64,000 bases of DNA, taken from the NCBI RefSeq assembly GCF_030144855.1, contig NW_026778903.1, positions 372,001-436,000 of the forward strand. Direction: 5' to 3'. This stretch comes from Hypanus sabinus. Taxonomy: Eukaryota. How positions within the stretch are numbered: the first letter of the stretch is position 1; each line of letters opens with the position of its first letter. Below, piece by piece: positions 36,740 to 49,929 of this stretch. The notes beneath the pieces are model-generated. The model was not told where the DNA came from. It made no database searches and saw only the letters and a program-made list of their open reading frames with translations. The position numbers were made by a program, and so were the translations under genes.

Positions 36740-38700
36740 TACCAAGTACACCTTTGCTAGAAAACATCTCGTCTCAATCCACACTTGCTAGATCCTTTCC
36801 AATACCATCAAAGTTGCCCTTTCTCCATTTAGAGTGTCAATCCCAGGACCAGACTTACCCTTTTCCATAATTACCGTGAAACTAATGGCACTCTGAAACC
36901 TAGTGTGTTACTTGTCTGAGTTCAACTGCATCTGCAATTCCTTGATTCAGTTCCCCAGGTCATCTGGAACTCACAAAAATGTGAGATAACACCCTTCACT
37001 GCCCACGAGCTCACCAATTTTGGTGATATGTGCAAACTTACTTGAACAGCATGAGGGTGCCTGTAGATTGGGTGTTTGTAAACCTGTGATATGTGGTCTC
37101 CTGTCTGTTCTCACTCCTGAACTGCTCCCAATCACTCAGTGAGTTTGTCTGCACCTTCTCCCCATCAGAGACATCCTCCACCCCCACTCCCCCCTGCAGT
37201 TCCACAAGCAGAGTTTACAATTTACCTGCTTCTCCATTTTGATAATTGCTTTATTATTCTCACTTGTACTGAGGAACAGTGAGGAGCTTTAATTTGTGTC
37301 CTGTCCTGTAAGATCATGCCTACATCAGCACAGCAGTGCAGTGCAAATGGGAAACAGAATACACAATACTATTAGAGTTACAGAGAAAATCGGGTGCAGG
37401 TAAACAATCAGGGCCACAATGTTCTCATTGGAAGATCGGGAAGTCACAAGACTCATACCACAGCTCCCACAGTTGCTACCTGACCTGCTGAATGTTCCCA
37501 TTATTTCCGGATTACATTTCCAATCTCCATCCCCTACTCCCTCACTCTGGGCCGAACACTTCAATGTAACAATGATATATTGCCATAAATACAAGATAAC
37601 TACAATAAATATTTACAACACTGATCCCTCTCACAGCAGGGAGGGATAGTTGCTGTTCGCATCCTAGAAAGCAGACTCCATCATTCCCACATCTAATTCC
37701 TTAAGAGGTGTGGGAAAGGCAGGAATTAGTGGCATGAGATTTTGAACAGTGTGAAATGCCTGTGCTTGTATACACAGTCCAATGCCAGGGTTTACATAGG
37801 TGACCCAGGGATGCACGTACACCCAGAGGTCCAGTAATTTCCCCCCCCCCCCCCCCGATACATTGGACGCCTGAGAGAACCATCTATTCTAACCGGGAAT
37901 AGGTTGGGCTGGAATGTCACAAAACTATACAACACAGGTAAAGGTCCTTCAGCTGGTCTTTCCACAGGGGAATTCCTCCCCTCTGCAAGTGTTTTTTTTT
38001 AAAGGAGGTAACTATAAGAATTGACAAGGTTGGTTCGGATACAGATCGGATGGAAAGTTGGGTCGATAGAGACAGATGAGAATTTAATACAAATGAGGAC
38101 AAGGTGATGTATTCTGGGATGTCAAATTCTGGTAGAACAACCACAGTTTATGATGGGACACCGGGGGGGTGGAACAGAGAGTCCGTGGGATACAATTCCA
38201 GAGACCCCTGAAAGCAACTACACCATGGGACAGGATACTGAAGTCATACAGTGCAGTTCCCTTCAGAGGTCAGGGGATGGAATGGAAAAGCTGGGATGTT
38301 ATGTTAGAACTTGACAAGATACTGGTCAGACTGCACTGTGATCACTGTGTGCAGATCAGCTGACTGCACTACAAGAAGGTTGGGGTCACATTGGAGGGAG
38401 AACCGAGGAGATACACTATGATGTTGTCTGGATCGAGAGGTGGGGGCTTTAGTCATGTGGAGTGATTAAACAGGTTGGAGCAGATTCCTGAGGGCAGACG
38501 ATGGACATGCTGCTTGAGGTATCAGCCCTGCTGATTGTGGGATCTCACTCTGCATTGGCACCCTGTGCACGTCCATCCAGGCCAACATTCTCAGACATTT
38601 TTTCCGATGTCTCCTGGAGGGACAACAGAGGGGAAGGTCACAGAGTCTGTTCACCGAGCAACAGAGGCGGTGAGCGATGTGGGGCATCGGACAGCACATC
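36740..38700. repeat. Mosaic duplication of the region downstream of gene C (matches ~7420-9130 and ~12540-13750)
   Basis: Collinear high identity; ORFs 37325-37594 vs 8476-8724 and 37701-37883 vs 12758-12988 are near-identical. Confidence 0.9.
38466..38613 (-). pseudogene. Orphan cytoplasmic exon paralogous to gene C's 13500-13659; no TM exon found upstream
   Basis: Acceptor cttcccctctgttgtccctccag|; phase-2 frame RHRKKCLRMLAWMDVHRVPMQSEIPQSAGLIPQAACPSSALRNLLQPV*. Homology to gene C's intron ends at ~38695. Confidence 0.65.
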
Positions 38701-38929
38701 TTGAGTACTATCATTGCTACAGCTAACTTACAACACATCAGGGTATTCACTTCAAATCTTATCTCTATCTTGTTTAGCCTCTTCACTTCAATTATCTTGA
38801 TTATGAATTGCAGCAAGTGAGCAAGCCGGTAACTCAGTCTTCACCATTTCAGTAACAATCTGAATATCCTTCTTTAATCAATATTGAAATATTATTAGCC
38901 CTAGGAATCTGCCCCCATCTTTCTTTTTC

Positions 38930-41730
38930 AATCTTTTTATTATTGTTATTAATATCAACAAAATACAATTGATACATAGATAATGGGATTACAAACATAC
39001 ACATTTCAACTGCACATGAAAGAATACATAAGCAATGATTACAGTATAAATGAGTATTCCCAAATCATGGATGATACAATATATATATAAACAAGGCAAT
39101 TCTAGGTATATCATAATATATAATAAAAAAACAGTAAAAAGAAAAAAAAATATGCAAAAAACTAATCTAATAATCTAATAACGAAAAAAAAGCAAAAAAG
39201 GAAAAAGAGAAAAAGAAAAAACAAGGGCTGTTTATAATATCGCACAAGAATACAAAACCATCAGTGTCGTCAACTCCAATCCTCTCAACATAAATAAAAT
39301 CAAAACTGGAAGATCAAATAGGCTTGAAACGGGTCATATTATATCATATGAAAATATTGAATAAATGGTCTCCATATCTTTTCAAATTTAATAGAAGTAT
39401 CAAATACATCACTTCTAATTTTTTCTAAATTTAAACATAACATAGTTTGAGAAAACCAATGAAATACAATAGGAGGATTAATTTCCTTCCAATTCAACAA
39501 CATAGATCTTCTAGCCATTAGAGTAAGAAACGCAATCATTCGGCAGGTGGAAGAAGATAAATGAAGTGTGTCCATCATTGGTAAACCAAAAATTGCGGTA
39601 ATAGGATGGGGTTGTAAATCAATGTTCAATACCGCAGAGATAATATCAAAAATATCTTTCCAATATTTTTTCAAAAGCAGACACGACCAGAGCATATGTG
39701 TTAAAGACACTATTTCAGATTGACATCTATCACAAATAGGATTTATATAGGAATAAAAATGAGCCAAGTTATCCTTGGACATATAGGCCCTATGTACAAC
39801 CTTAAACTGTATTAATGAATGTTTGGCACATATAGATGATGTATTAACTAATTGAAGAATTCTATCCCAATTCTCAATAGGAATAATAAAATTAAGCTCT
39901 CTTTCCCTATCATTTTTTGTCTTATAAAGGGGCTCAGAACGTATCTTCATAATTATATTATAAAGTTTTGATATAAGCCCTTTTTGAAAAGGGTTTAATT
40001 CAAACAAACTCTCCAAAATACCTGAAGACACAAAATGTGGAAAAGTAGGAAGTACAGTATTTTAAAAAATGCCTAATCTGTAAATATCTAAAAAAATTAA
40101 ATCTAGGCAAATTATATGTATTAGATAATTGCTCAAAAGACATAAAACAATTGTCCAAAAATAAATCAGAAAATCGTAGTAATCCCTTAGTCTTCCAAGT
40201 CGAATAAGCTTGGTCTACAATTGAAGGGTGGAAAAAACAATTGGATACAATAGGAATATTTAAAACAAACTGAGTCAACACAAAAATTTTCGAAATTGAA
40301 ACCATATACGTAAAGTATGTTTAACTATCGGGTTGTCAATTCGCTTCGGCAATTTAGAAAGAGCAAAAGGGAGAGAAGTCCCCAAAATGGAACCCAGTGC
40401 AAAATCTGGTACCGATTTAATTTCCAGGCTCACCCAATGAGGGCTAAAAGATCCATCCCAATCTTTCAACCAACATATCAAATATCTAATATTAACTGCC
40501 CAATAATAAAATCTAAAATTAGGCAATGCTAACCCACCTTCCTTCTTTGCCTTCTGTAAATATATTTTACCTAACCTGGGATTTTTATTCTGCCATATAT
40601 ATGAGGAAATTTTTGAATCAACATTAGTAAAAAAAAGATTTCGGAATAAAAATTGGTACCGCTTGAAAAATATATAAAAACTTAGGTAGGATTATTGCTA
40701 TTAAGATGGTTATTTTACCTATCAGAGATAAAGATAATGGTGACCACTTAGTAAACAAGCATTTAATCTGATCAATTAAGGGTACAAAATTAACTTTAAA
40801 TAAGTCTTTATGGTTTTTTGTGATTTTAATCCCTAAGTAAATAAAAGAGTCATTAACTAATTTAAAAGGTAAGTTTCCATAAATTGGGACCTGTCTATTT
40901 AAAGGAAACAATTCACTCTTATTAAGATTTAATTTATCCCCAGAAAAATCACTAAATTGAGCCAACAATGATAAAACTACTGGAATAGATTTCTCAGGAT
41001 TAGAAATAAATAATAATAAATCATCTGCATACAAAGATAACATGAGTATCTGTCCCACGATTAATACCAAGAATATCCTGTGATTCTCTGATAGCAATTG
41101 CCAAAGGTTCTAAAGCAATATCAAATAATAGTGGGCTAAGAGGACAGCCTTGTCTAGTGCCCCGAAATAAACGAAAAAAGGGAGATCTTTGATTATTAGT
41201 AAACACCAGTATGATAAATCAGTTTAATCCAGGAAATCCAGGACTAAAATTAAACTTCTCCAATATATTAAATAAGTAAGGCCATTCAACTCTGTCAAAT
41301 GCTTTCTCCGCATCTAATGAAATAACACATTCTGAAATATTATGTGAAGGAGTATACACAATATTCAATAACCTCCTAACATTAAAAAAAATTAACGATT
41401 TTTAATAAAACCGGTTTGATCTTCCGAGATAATTTGGGGTAATACCTTCTCCAACCTGGATGCAAGTAACTTGGAAAAATCTTGGAATCTACATTCAATA
41501 AGGATGCGCAATCAGTAGGGTCTTTATCTTTCTTCAATATTAAAGAGATGGAAGCTCTATAAAAAGATTGTGGCAAATTGCCCAATCTAATTGCTTCTTC
41601 AAAAACCTTACATAACCAAGGAGAGAGAGTAGCGAAAAAACATTTTTAAAATTCTGCTGTATACCCATCCGGACCAGGTGCTTTCCTTGAATTCATGGAG
41701 GAAATAACCCCTTTGATTTCTGCCGCCATC
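38930..41730 (-). mobile_element. L1 LINE, 3' half of ORF2, frameshifted and 5'-truncated
   Basis: GKAPGPDG, LFRGTRQGCPLSPLLF, LYADDLLLF, and C-terminal FKVVHRAY..CDRC..LTHMLWSC; A-rich 3' end near 38930. Confidence 0.92.
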
Positions 41731-41984
41731 AACCACCGTATTTTAATCATTCCCCAATTACCTCCAAGTTTAATACCGCTCTGATCCTATCAGAATACGA
41801 CCACCCATAAACCTTTGTCGCAACCTTCACTACTTTCCCCACCACCGCCTGTGCCCTTTTAAACTGAACACGGCGCGGAGCTCGCCGATTGTACTTCTTA
41901 AGGAACGAACCAGTCGCTGTCAATCACAGGTGTATAGCCAATCAGATGGGTGTATCAGACAGACCCCAGTGCATTGATTGACGG

Positions 41985-43050
41985 AGGTGTTTGTGCCGGC
42001 AGGGTCTGCATTGAATGATGTGGAGAGGTCTGGAGAAAGGTGAGAAGTCGTCTTTCATTGTTCATCCCGAGCAGTTGCATGACAGAGGACTCTCCCATCG
42101 CCGGGCTGTTCGCAGGGACACACAAGGAGACGGACATCAAGCGCAGCTGGCAGATCATCAACTCGGTGAAAGGCGCCATTTGGTCCGCCCGGACCCCACT
42201 GGTCATCGAGATGTCCGTGGATGGGAGCTGCCGTCTGGCGACAAGAGACCGTGCTGAGGGAGGGGCTGAAGCTTGGCTCGGGCACCGCAGGGCTCGGTGA
42301 GGAAGGGGTCCAGTGCAGTGTTCTTTCACTACTGGAGAGGGAGGGGCCGGGTTGGGTGAAGAAGCCCCTCAATTGTTGTAGTAGTGTACGTGAGTGACAA
42401 CGATCCTATTGGTGTTAAGGAATGGAATCGAACACTAATGAAAGCTTTGACTAAGAATTTAAGAATGAAAGGCCGCTTGTTCTTGTGTTTTTTTAAAATT
42501 ATGAATAAAGATATTCTTCAACTATAAAAACGTTGACAAACCTTTGGAAATCCTTCTAAGTCAACACATCTCACCACAAATCCATCGGGCAGTGGTCTGC
42601 GCGGAACTATCTGCAGACACTGCGGGACAGCGGCCGTGGGGTGAATCGCTGAGCAAACGGCAGAATGCCTCATCGCCAGATCGCAGTGACAAGCACAGAG
42701 TCATGCTGGGCTGGCGGTGAAAGTGTCCCTCCCGGTAAGAATCTTCCTCCATCATGACCACCACACGTTACCTTCGGGACGGCTGTGATCGAGAACAGAC
42801 GGTCAGCGCCTCTTCGCAGACCGTGGATTCGCTCGGAGGGTGTGGAGACAGAAGCAAAGGTCTGAGTACCGGTTCATCCCCATCAACTGTGAAACGAAGG
42901 ATTCTCTGAGAAACAGACTATTTCCTGATCACACACAGACAGGCATCAAATATTGCTGGAAGATGATCAGCTCCATGAAGGACGTCCTTTGGTCTGTCGG
43001 GACTCTGTTGGTCTCTCCTGACGGTGAGATGTCGTTGGGAGAAAGTTGGT
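41985..43050 (+). mobile_element. Two Tx1-like LINE 3' fragments (41985-42400 and 42590-43050)
   Basis: GLF.GTH.ETDI..W.IINSVK.A.WSAR..LV motif, seen twice. Confidence 0.7.
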
Positions 43051-43082
43051 GATTGGCACAGTCCAGGCCGCAGGAGGACGGA

Positions 43083-45446
43083 CTAAGGAAGTGTCCCGGG
43101 TCCGCCAGCAGTGCTCCGCCACTGTCTCCGTCCCTTCAGAGTCCGCACATTACGGAACTGAACTGGGTGCGCTGGTTCGCTCTTGCTCTTTGGGAGCCGA
43201 TACGCGGTGGTCAGGAATAGCAGTGCGAGCGCCTTCAGGCTGAGCAGGATGTAAAGAGGCAGTGGCTCCCGGGGAGAACCTGAGAGTAAATCGGAGTTCA
43301 GAGTGAGACGGTTCACCGAGGCGAGCTAGGGATGGGATGTATTCCGAGTGTAAAGGGCGGGTTTCTTCTTTTTTCTTTGTTACTGTTGGGAAAGGGTTTC
43401 TTTGTTTTGTTTACAGGAATGTTTATTTGTTGCGAGAGAGTGCTGGAAGCTTGTTTGTGAAAATTTACTGATAACAAGAATGGTATTCCTTTGTAAACCA
43501 AATGGGGATTAATGTTCATTCCTCTGAGTCTGTAAACTATTGTTGACGGGCTTTTGGGCAGATCGGCGCGAGGGAGTCGAGAGAGAGGACGCAATGCTGT
43601 AAGTTGGGCGAGGATCGGACCCCAAGCGGGGGTCCGAGGCCAGGAGGTACTCCGAGGAGGGGGGATGAAGCTAGATGTGCTTGGTTGACCACTCGGAGGG
43701 TCCTGAGCTGCGAGTCGAGGAGTTCGGAGGGGATCGAATGGTGGCCAGAAGACTTCAGTAATTGAGCTCCAACGGCTGTGCACGAAGTGGTTTGGACTTT
43801 GATAAGTTTGGCGCCTTTTCTTTATTTTTTTTCATATATACTGTATAGTTATTAATCACTTAGTTATAGTAACCTTTATAAATTGTACTCATTTAATCGC
43901 ATATGGTGTGCTGTCTGTTTTTGGGCGAGGCGGGGACATCACACAGCATCCACACCAGCTGATTACCCAGTTTGGCGGGGCCGAAGGCTGCTCCCCCTAG
44001 GCCTAGACGAAACGAGCTGAGCCAGCCTGAGGCGACCCAGGGGGTTACACGAGGGTTCAGGGGTTTATGTATAGAATCACATTGCTGGGAGTGGACCACA
44101 GGCTGGGATCTAATCCGAGCGTTCAGCGGGATAATATATATGAAATAACAGAACTGGACATGCGGTCCAATCCCAGGAGGAATCAGGGAAGCGGCGGTGG
44201 AAAGTGAACCAGGGGAGAGATACCGGAGACTCACCTCGTACCAGGAGCACGGTCCCGTTCCCTCGGAGCAGCAGCTGCCGGTCGGGAAGGTGAACGGACG
44301 CCAGGCAGCGGTAGGTGTTGGAGTGGCTCGGGCGGAGGTGCCGGAGTTGGAGGGAGAGTCCCGCGCCGATCTCACTCTCAGGTAGGGCGGCTTCCTGCTG
44401 GGATTCCTTGGGGGGCGGGTAGACGACACGTTCCTCTTCCCCCTCCCCCGTCCCGCCGATCACCCAGTAGGGGTAGATTATCACCCGGGGTTCCGTCAGC
44501 CCCAGAACTTCGCAGTGCAGCGTCACGTTGGAGCCACTCGGGACCTCCAACCTCTGAGGCCACTGGGACACGTGGAGGGTGGCGAGGGAGCTGTCTGTAA
44601 CACAGTGAGGGAGGGAGAATGGTGAGGCAGCGTCTGTATCTCAGAGAGGGAGGGAGTGTAGTGAGGTAGCGTCGTAACACATGGAGTGTGGGAGAGGTAG
44701 TGAAGGACTGTCTGCACACAGGGGAGAGGATAGGAGTGCAGAGAGTAAACGTGGAGTGATAACTGTAAGGAAAGAGTTAAACATTATTCGTTCTTGGTAT
44801 GTGCTGAAATAAAAAGGAAGTCTGTCAGACAACATGGTGTTAACCCGGAGTGGAACTGATTTGAGAAGGTTGAATGAGTACCAGTCTCCAGCCTGGAGAG
44901 TAGATCATGCTGAATTCAAATTTGTGTCGGGAAGGCGAGGCCTTTGTCCAGGCACCAAATAGCGTTCTGGTGTAAGAGTTATGTTAAGAGTAAGAGTTTT
45001 AAAGGGATATTGAAGAATATTAATACGGGTAAATCGTTTTGTAAATGGGGAGATTTTTCCATCAGACCACGTTATGACCAGTGATAACGGTAAGAGTTGG
45101 GGAAGATGCGGTGAGGGAGCGTCTGTAACCGGTGAGGGAGCGGAGCGGGGCAGAGAGTGACCCGGATGCAGTGTCCAGAACAGCTCGAAGTCAGGCAACC
45201 TCTGCCCAATATCAACCAGTTCCTCTGCCGACGACCCCTGACCTTTCCCGAATCCATGACATTCCTCTGTCAACAACACGCGCCCCTTCTCCTTCACCCC
45301 TACATTGACATCCTAACTCATTCACCCCAAAACGACGGAATTTCTTCCCAACACTCGGCCCCTTCATGCGTACTATCACTCAATGGGGAACGGGGCCCCA
45401 CAGACACAGACTCTTTCTGTCATTTGCTCCATCTTTTAATCTCTCT

Positions 45447-45499
<53 letters not shown>

Positions 45500-45567
45500 C
45501 CCGAGCAGTAAGAGAAGTTCTTACCCAGTAGCAGGAGCAAGATCAGTTTCCGAAGCTGCGCCCTCAT
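43083..45567 (-). CDS. VJ-type IgSF receptor, NCR3(NKp30)/TMIGD2(CD28H)-like (199 aa). Exons: 45525-45567 leader, 44235-44594 V domain, 43083-43279 TM/cytoplasmic
   Basis: MRAQLRKLILLLLL|DSSLATLHVSQWPQRLEVPSGSNVTLHCEV..YW..LSLQLRHLRPSHSNTYRCLASVHLPDRQLLLRGNGTVLLVR|GSPREPLPLYILLSLKALALLFLTTAYRLPK..TLP*. Consensus splice sites, phase-1 junctions, 600 nt total. V-set C..W..YxC plus a J-like GNGTxLxV within one exon. Confidence 0.9.
43349..44049 (-). mobile_element. Solo LTR with TSD CGAG, inside the V-to-TM intron of the VJ receptor gene and in the gene's sense orientation
   Basis: CGAG at 43345-43348 and 44050-44053; reverse-complement copy of 23373-24091. Confidence 0.9.
44235..44594 (-). CDS. 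360-nt V(J) domain exon
   Basis: ctgtgttacag|AC...CGA G|gtgagt; canonical IgV residues. Confidence 0.93.
45449..45496. repeat. (CA)n microsatellite next to the leader-exon donor
   Basis: Direct inspection. Confidence 0.97.
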
Positions 45568-45989
45568 CGCCCAGTTAAAGTATTTTCAATGAATACAGCT
45601 CTGAGGGCGCAAAAAGAAACTTAGCACAGTCTTGCTGGGCCGAAGGGACGCAATACCTTGCTGTAGTGAAATGCTCTGAATGGACGTGCAGAACAAAGTT
45701 TTTCACTGTGACAATAATAAACCAAGTTACCAGTTACATGTTTCAATTACAATGTGCACACGTTGTCTCATTTAGGGAGCCGCGAACACAGCCCAAAGAC
45801 TGACAATCTCTGCCCAGTACCCGTCCCCAACTCTCCCCGTGACCCCCCACCCAACCCTTCCATCCATAGCCATGACATTACATTCACCCCTATACACGCC
45901 CGCTCCATTTACCACACAGTCCTCCCAGCTCCCTCTTCCAAGTCAAGGCAGTAAATAGGAAACCGATATCGCTGACATTGACGATCAGT

Positions 45990-46340
45990 GTGCGTCTTCA
46001 CGCTTCTGTACCTTCTTCATCGTGGCGGCAATGAGAACTAGGCTTCAGCTTAATGTAGAGGGAGTAGAGCAGTGGGTTAAGCACACATCCCAGAGGGGCG
46101 CCGGTGTTGTCAGCGAAGTGGAGATGTTATTTCCGATCCACACAGACTGTGGTCTCCAGCTTGGTAAGTCGAGGATCCAGTTGCAGAGGGAGGTACAGAG
46201 GCCCCGGTTCTGGAGCTTTTTGCTCAGAACTGAGGAAAGATTGTATTCAATGCTGAGCTGTGGTCAATAAACAGCACCCTGTCATGGCTATTTTTATTGT
46301 CCACGTGATCTGAGGCCGTGTGAAGAGTCTTTGAGATCGC
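45990..46340 (-). mobile_element. Rex/Babar-like LINE RT fragment
   Basis: Reverse strand reads [40 protein letters not shown]. Confidence 0.75.
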
Positions 46341-47199
46341 ATCCTCCGTAGACCTTCCTTAACCTGTCCCTTTCCAATCTACGTTTCTCTTCTCTCTCTC
46401 TCTTTCTCTCATTATTCTGCCCCCTGTTCTTCTCTTTCGTTTCCCATCCCGGGCTTTCTCCCTCCTAATACCCCAAGATATTTTTCCAGCCCACACTCCC
46501 TCCTTATGTCTCTCCCTCTCTATTCCTCACCCCATTCCCCCTCCTCTTCACTTGTCTCTTCCTCACACTGCCCCTCTCTCTCTGCTCCCTCGATTTCCCT
46601 GAAACCCCACTCACTGCTCACATCCCCCACCTCCGCCTGGTATCATGTACACCACATCCTGTTCACCTCTTGTTCCGCTCTCCCCTGTTTCGCTGTAACT
46701 AATTCACTGACCTCACTGGCAGGCCAGTTCCGTTCCGCTGTAACTGTGTGTGGTACGGACTCTGACAACACTCCCACCCGATTTGCTTCACCGCTACCGG
46801 GGTCTCACCAGCGCTTATTGATCCCGGGCAGCGGCAGGTGGCTGGCCAATTATACAAACGGGAACTGGATCCTCTTTCTGGACCAGTTACCTCACTGGTC
46901 GTGCGATCCCTCACTTGCCCTAACTCCTCACCGCCCCTCCCGCAGTGGTTCATCAGCCGAGGACTTCAAACTGATTTCCACCGAGAATCGCTATCTTTGT
47001 GCTTCAGATGAGGGAGACAAGAAACAGAGAGAGCGGAAGAACAAGAGCGAGAGTTATGAGGAGAAAGAGGGAGGGAGATGGGGACATGGAGATGTGGGGA
47101 GACAGAAAGAAGTGGTTAGGGTTAATGGAGACAGAGAGACAAGCAGATACTCATAGAACTCCAGGCCGCCATCACCTCCTCACCTGCCCCCTTCTCATA

Positions 47200-47480
47200 G
47201 GCTGGCCACTGAGTTCAGTCACCGCCTCCGACCTGTTCCTCCCTTCCCCGCCAGGCGCGCTCTCCTCTTCGTTTGGGAGCAGCCGATCCCATTGTAACCG
47301 CTTCCCCGTTGGGGTCGAGCGCTGGCGCTCCGGACGCCCGACACGAGAGGAGCAGCGGCAGCGAAAGTCAGTTCTCTGTCACGTCTGACTTCCAGTCCGG
47401 GGGCCGGACTGAATCTGACCATCCGGAAACTCATAACACTGTTCCATCGGAAGTGGGGGGCGGGTGGAATGGCCGCCCTG
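47200..47480 (-). promoter_or_regulatory. CpG-rich putative promoter/5'UTR exon of the VJ receptor gene
   Basis: GC box (gggggcggg ~47456), ETS-like GGAA cores and a TGACGT-like motif. The leader exon has a strong acceptor at 45600 (tttctttttgcgccctcag|), implying upstream non-coding exons; candidate donor CTG|GTGAGA at 46809. Confidence 0.5.
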
Positions 47481-48149
47481 AGGCGGACCGAGGGAGCAGC
47501 CTTGAAGAGGCAAAGTCACGGAATGAGCGGCAAGCAGTGAGAAAGGGACGGGGCACAACGGACACGGCTTCCCTTTCATCTACCCTCTTCCCCCAATTCC
47601 TCATCGCTCCAAAGCCTTCCTTTACCCCTCCCGACTTCTTCCACCCTCCCCATTCTACCCCACCCACACAGACAATGGTGCGAGAAACACAAAACATCCA
47701 GTAAATGGCGGTTCTGTTGGAGAAATCGCCTTGTTAATGAGAGGGCAGACTGGTTCATGCTGACGGGTTGGGGACAGTAACTCAGATCATCACGCGATAC
47801 AACAGTGTGTGCTAAATGCCCAGCACATGGAAACTTGCAGCGGGTGATGCAGGTCACGAGCAGACAGTCAGCGGCCACTTTATTAGGTACAGGGGGTTCC
47901 TGATAAAGTGGCCGCTCATCGTCAGCGGTAATGGTGATATGGTTCAAACTACTGGAATGACCAAATGACACGAAATTTGTTTAATATACATTTTATTGTG
48001 AATAAGGTTTATTTTTGAAATTAAAATCGTTCCACACACAGCTGGAGAATTGGTGGTTGAAACAAGGCCAAGTATCAAGTAGACAACGCTGAGCCTTTAG
48101 AAGACGCTAGTCAGGCCGCACTTGCTGTATTGTCGACAGTTTCAGGTCC

Positions 48150-48780
48150 CTGATCTCAGAAGGGATGAGTTGTCATTGGCGAGACTCCAGAGGAGGTTCA
48201 CAAGGATTATTCCATGATTGAAGGGGTTAACATATGAGGAGCGTTTGTCATCTTTGGGCCTGTGCTCAGTGGAATTTAGAAGAACGCGGGGGATCTGATT
48301 GAAACCTATCGAATGTTGAAAGGACTAGATTGGGTGGATGTGGAGAGGATGTTTCCTGTGGTGGGGTTATCCAGAACTAGAGGGCACAGCCTCAAAATTG
48401 AAGGGTGACCCTTTAGAACAGAGGATATTTTCGCCAGAGTAGTAAATCTGCGGAATGCTTTGCCACAGATTGCGGTGGAAGCCAAGTCTGTGTATTTAAG
48501 GTGGAAGTTGATCAGTTCATTATCGGTTAGGGCATCGAAGGATATGGCAAGAGGGGAAAAAGTTTAGGGGTAGCACGAGGAGGAACTTCATGCTTGGGGA
48601 GTGGTGGCTGTGTGGAATGGGTTTCAGGTAGAAATGGTAGAGGCAGGTTCGATTTTGTCATTAAAAAAATTGAATAGGTATTTGATCAGAAAAGGAATGG
48701 AGGGTTATGGGCTGAGTGCAGGTACGTGGGACTAGGTGAGAGTAAGCATTCAGCACGGACTAGAAGGGCCGAGATGGCCT
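48150..48780 (+). mobile_element. CR1 3' fragments
   Basis: YEERLSSLGLCSVEFRRTRGDLIETYRML motif and CR1 3'UTR. Confidence 0.8.
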
Positions 48781-48924
48781 GTTTCCGTGCTATAATTGTT
48801 ATATGTTTATATGGTTATATATCAAAGCGTGAACTGTGAAGTGCTTTCGACAGAGACATCTAGCGAATGGGAGTGTTTTCTTTGGAGTGAAGAGGGGTGG
48901 AGGGTGTACCTCGTAGTGTTTTTT

Positions 48925-49464
48925 TAAATAATGAGGAAAGGTTTAAAGTTGGATGATGCAACAAGACAATGATCCAAAACACAGGAAATAAATGGTTTAA
49001 AAAGAAGAAAATTTGTGTTTTGGAAGGGCCAAGTCAGAATCCAGACCTTAAAAATATTGGGGTGCTGTGGCATAACCTGAAGAGGGTTGTTGACACAAGG
49101 CATCCCAGAAATATTGATGAACTGAAACAGTTTTGTATGGAGCAATGGTCTAAAATTCCTGTGCATCATTGTGCAGGTCTGATCAGCAGCTACAGGAAAC
49201 ATCTGGTGGAGGTTATTGCTGCTGAAGCAGGTTCTCCCAGTTATTAAATACAAGGGTTCATACATTTCCCAGCCTGGACTGTGAATGATTTTAAAATGTG
49301 TTCAATAAAGACATGACAAGTACAATTGTTTGTGTGTTAATAGTTGAGGCAGATTGTGTTTGTCTATTATTGTGACCCAGATGAAGATCAGACCACATTT
49401 TATGAGTAATTAATGCAGAAAACCAGGTAATTGGAAAGGGCTCACAAACTTTTCTTGCAACTGT
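48925..49464 (+). mobile_element. Tc1/mariner transposase C-terminal fragment and right end
   Basis: VLEGPSQNPDLKNI..LW..LKR.V..RHPRNIDELKQFC.EQWSKIP..C..LISSYRKHL.EVIAA; ends ..cttgcaactg|ta. Confidence 0.88.
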
Positions 49465-49929
49465 ATGCATGTTGGAAAGCATTCTGACTGGTCGTATCAC
49501 GGCCTGGTATGGACACGCCAGTGCACAGGAACACAAGAGGCTGCAGAGCAGAGCGCGGTGGGTTCATCACAGGTACAAGTCTTCCACCAGCGGACATCCT
49601 CAGAAGGAATTGCCAAAGGAAGGCAATATCTATCATCAGGCCGTGCCCCTTTCTCGATGCTGCTGTCAGGAAGGAGGTGCACAAGCCTGAAGACCCATTC
49701 TCAACGTTCCAGCTTCTTCCCCTTTGGGCACGGAACGGCACAGCACAGAAACAGAATACTGTGCCAAATAGTTTTTGATATTCAATATTCACCTCAACAT
49801 TACTCAATATCTCTCTCCATATTGCTTCGCCACCCTCTCTCCCCATCCCCCTCTACTTTTTATCTTCCATCTCCACCCTCCTCCCTCTAGATCCCTTTTC
49901 CGCTGTATCCTGGTCTCAAACATTCCAAG

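Noticed and set aside
46506-47971. Several 130-216-aa ORFs around the CpG-rich region
   Set aside because: Low-complexity, GC-driven stop avoidance with no recognisable domain; better explained as promoter/5'UTR.
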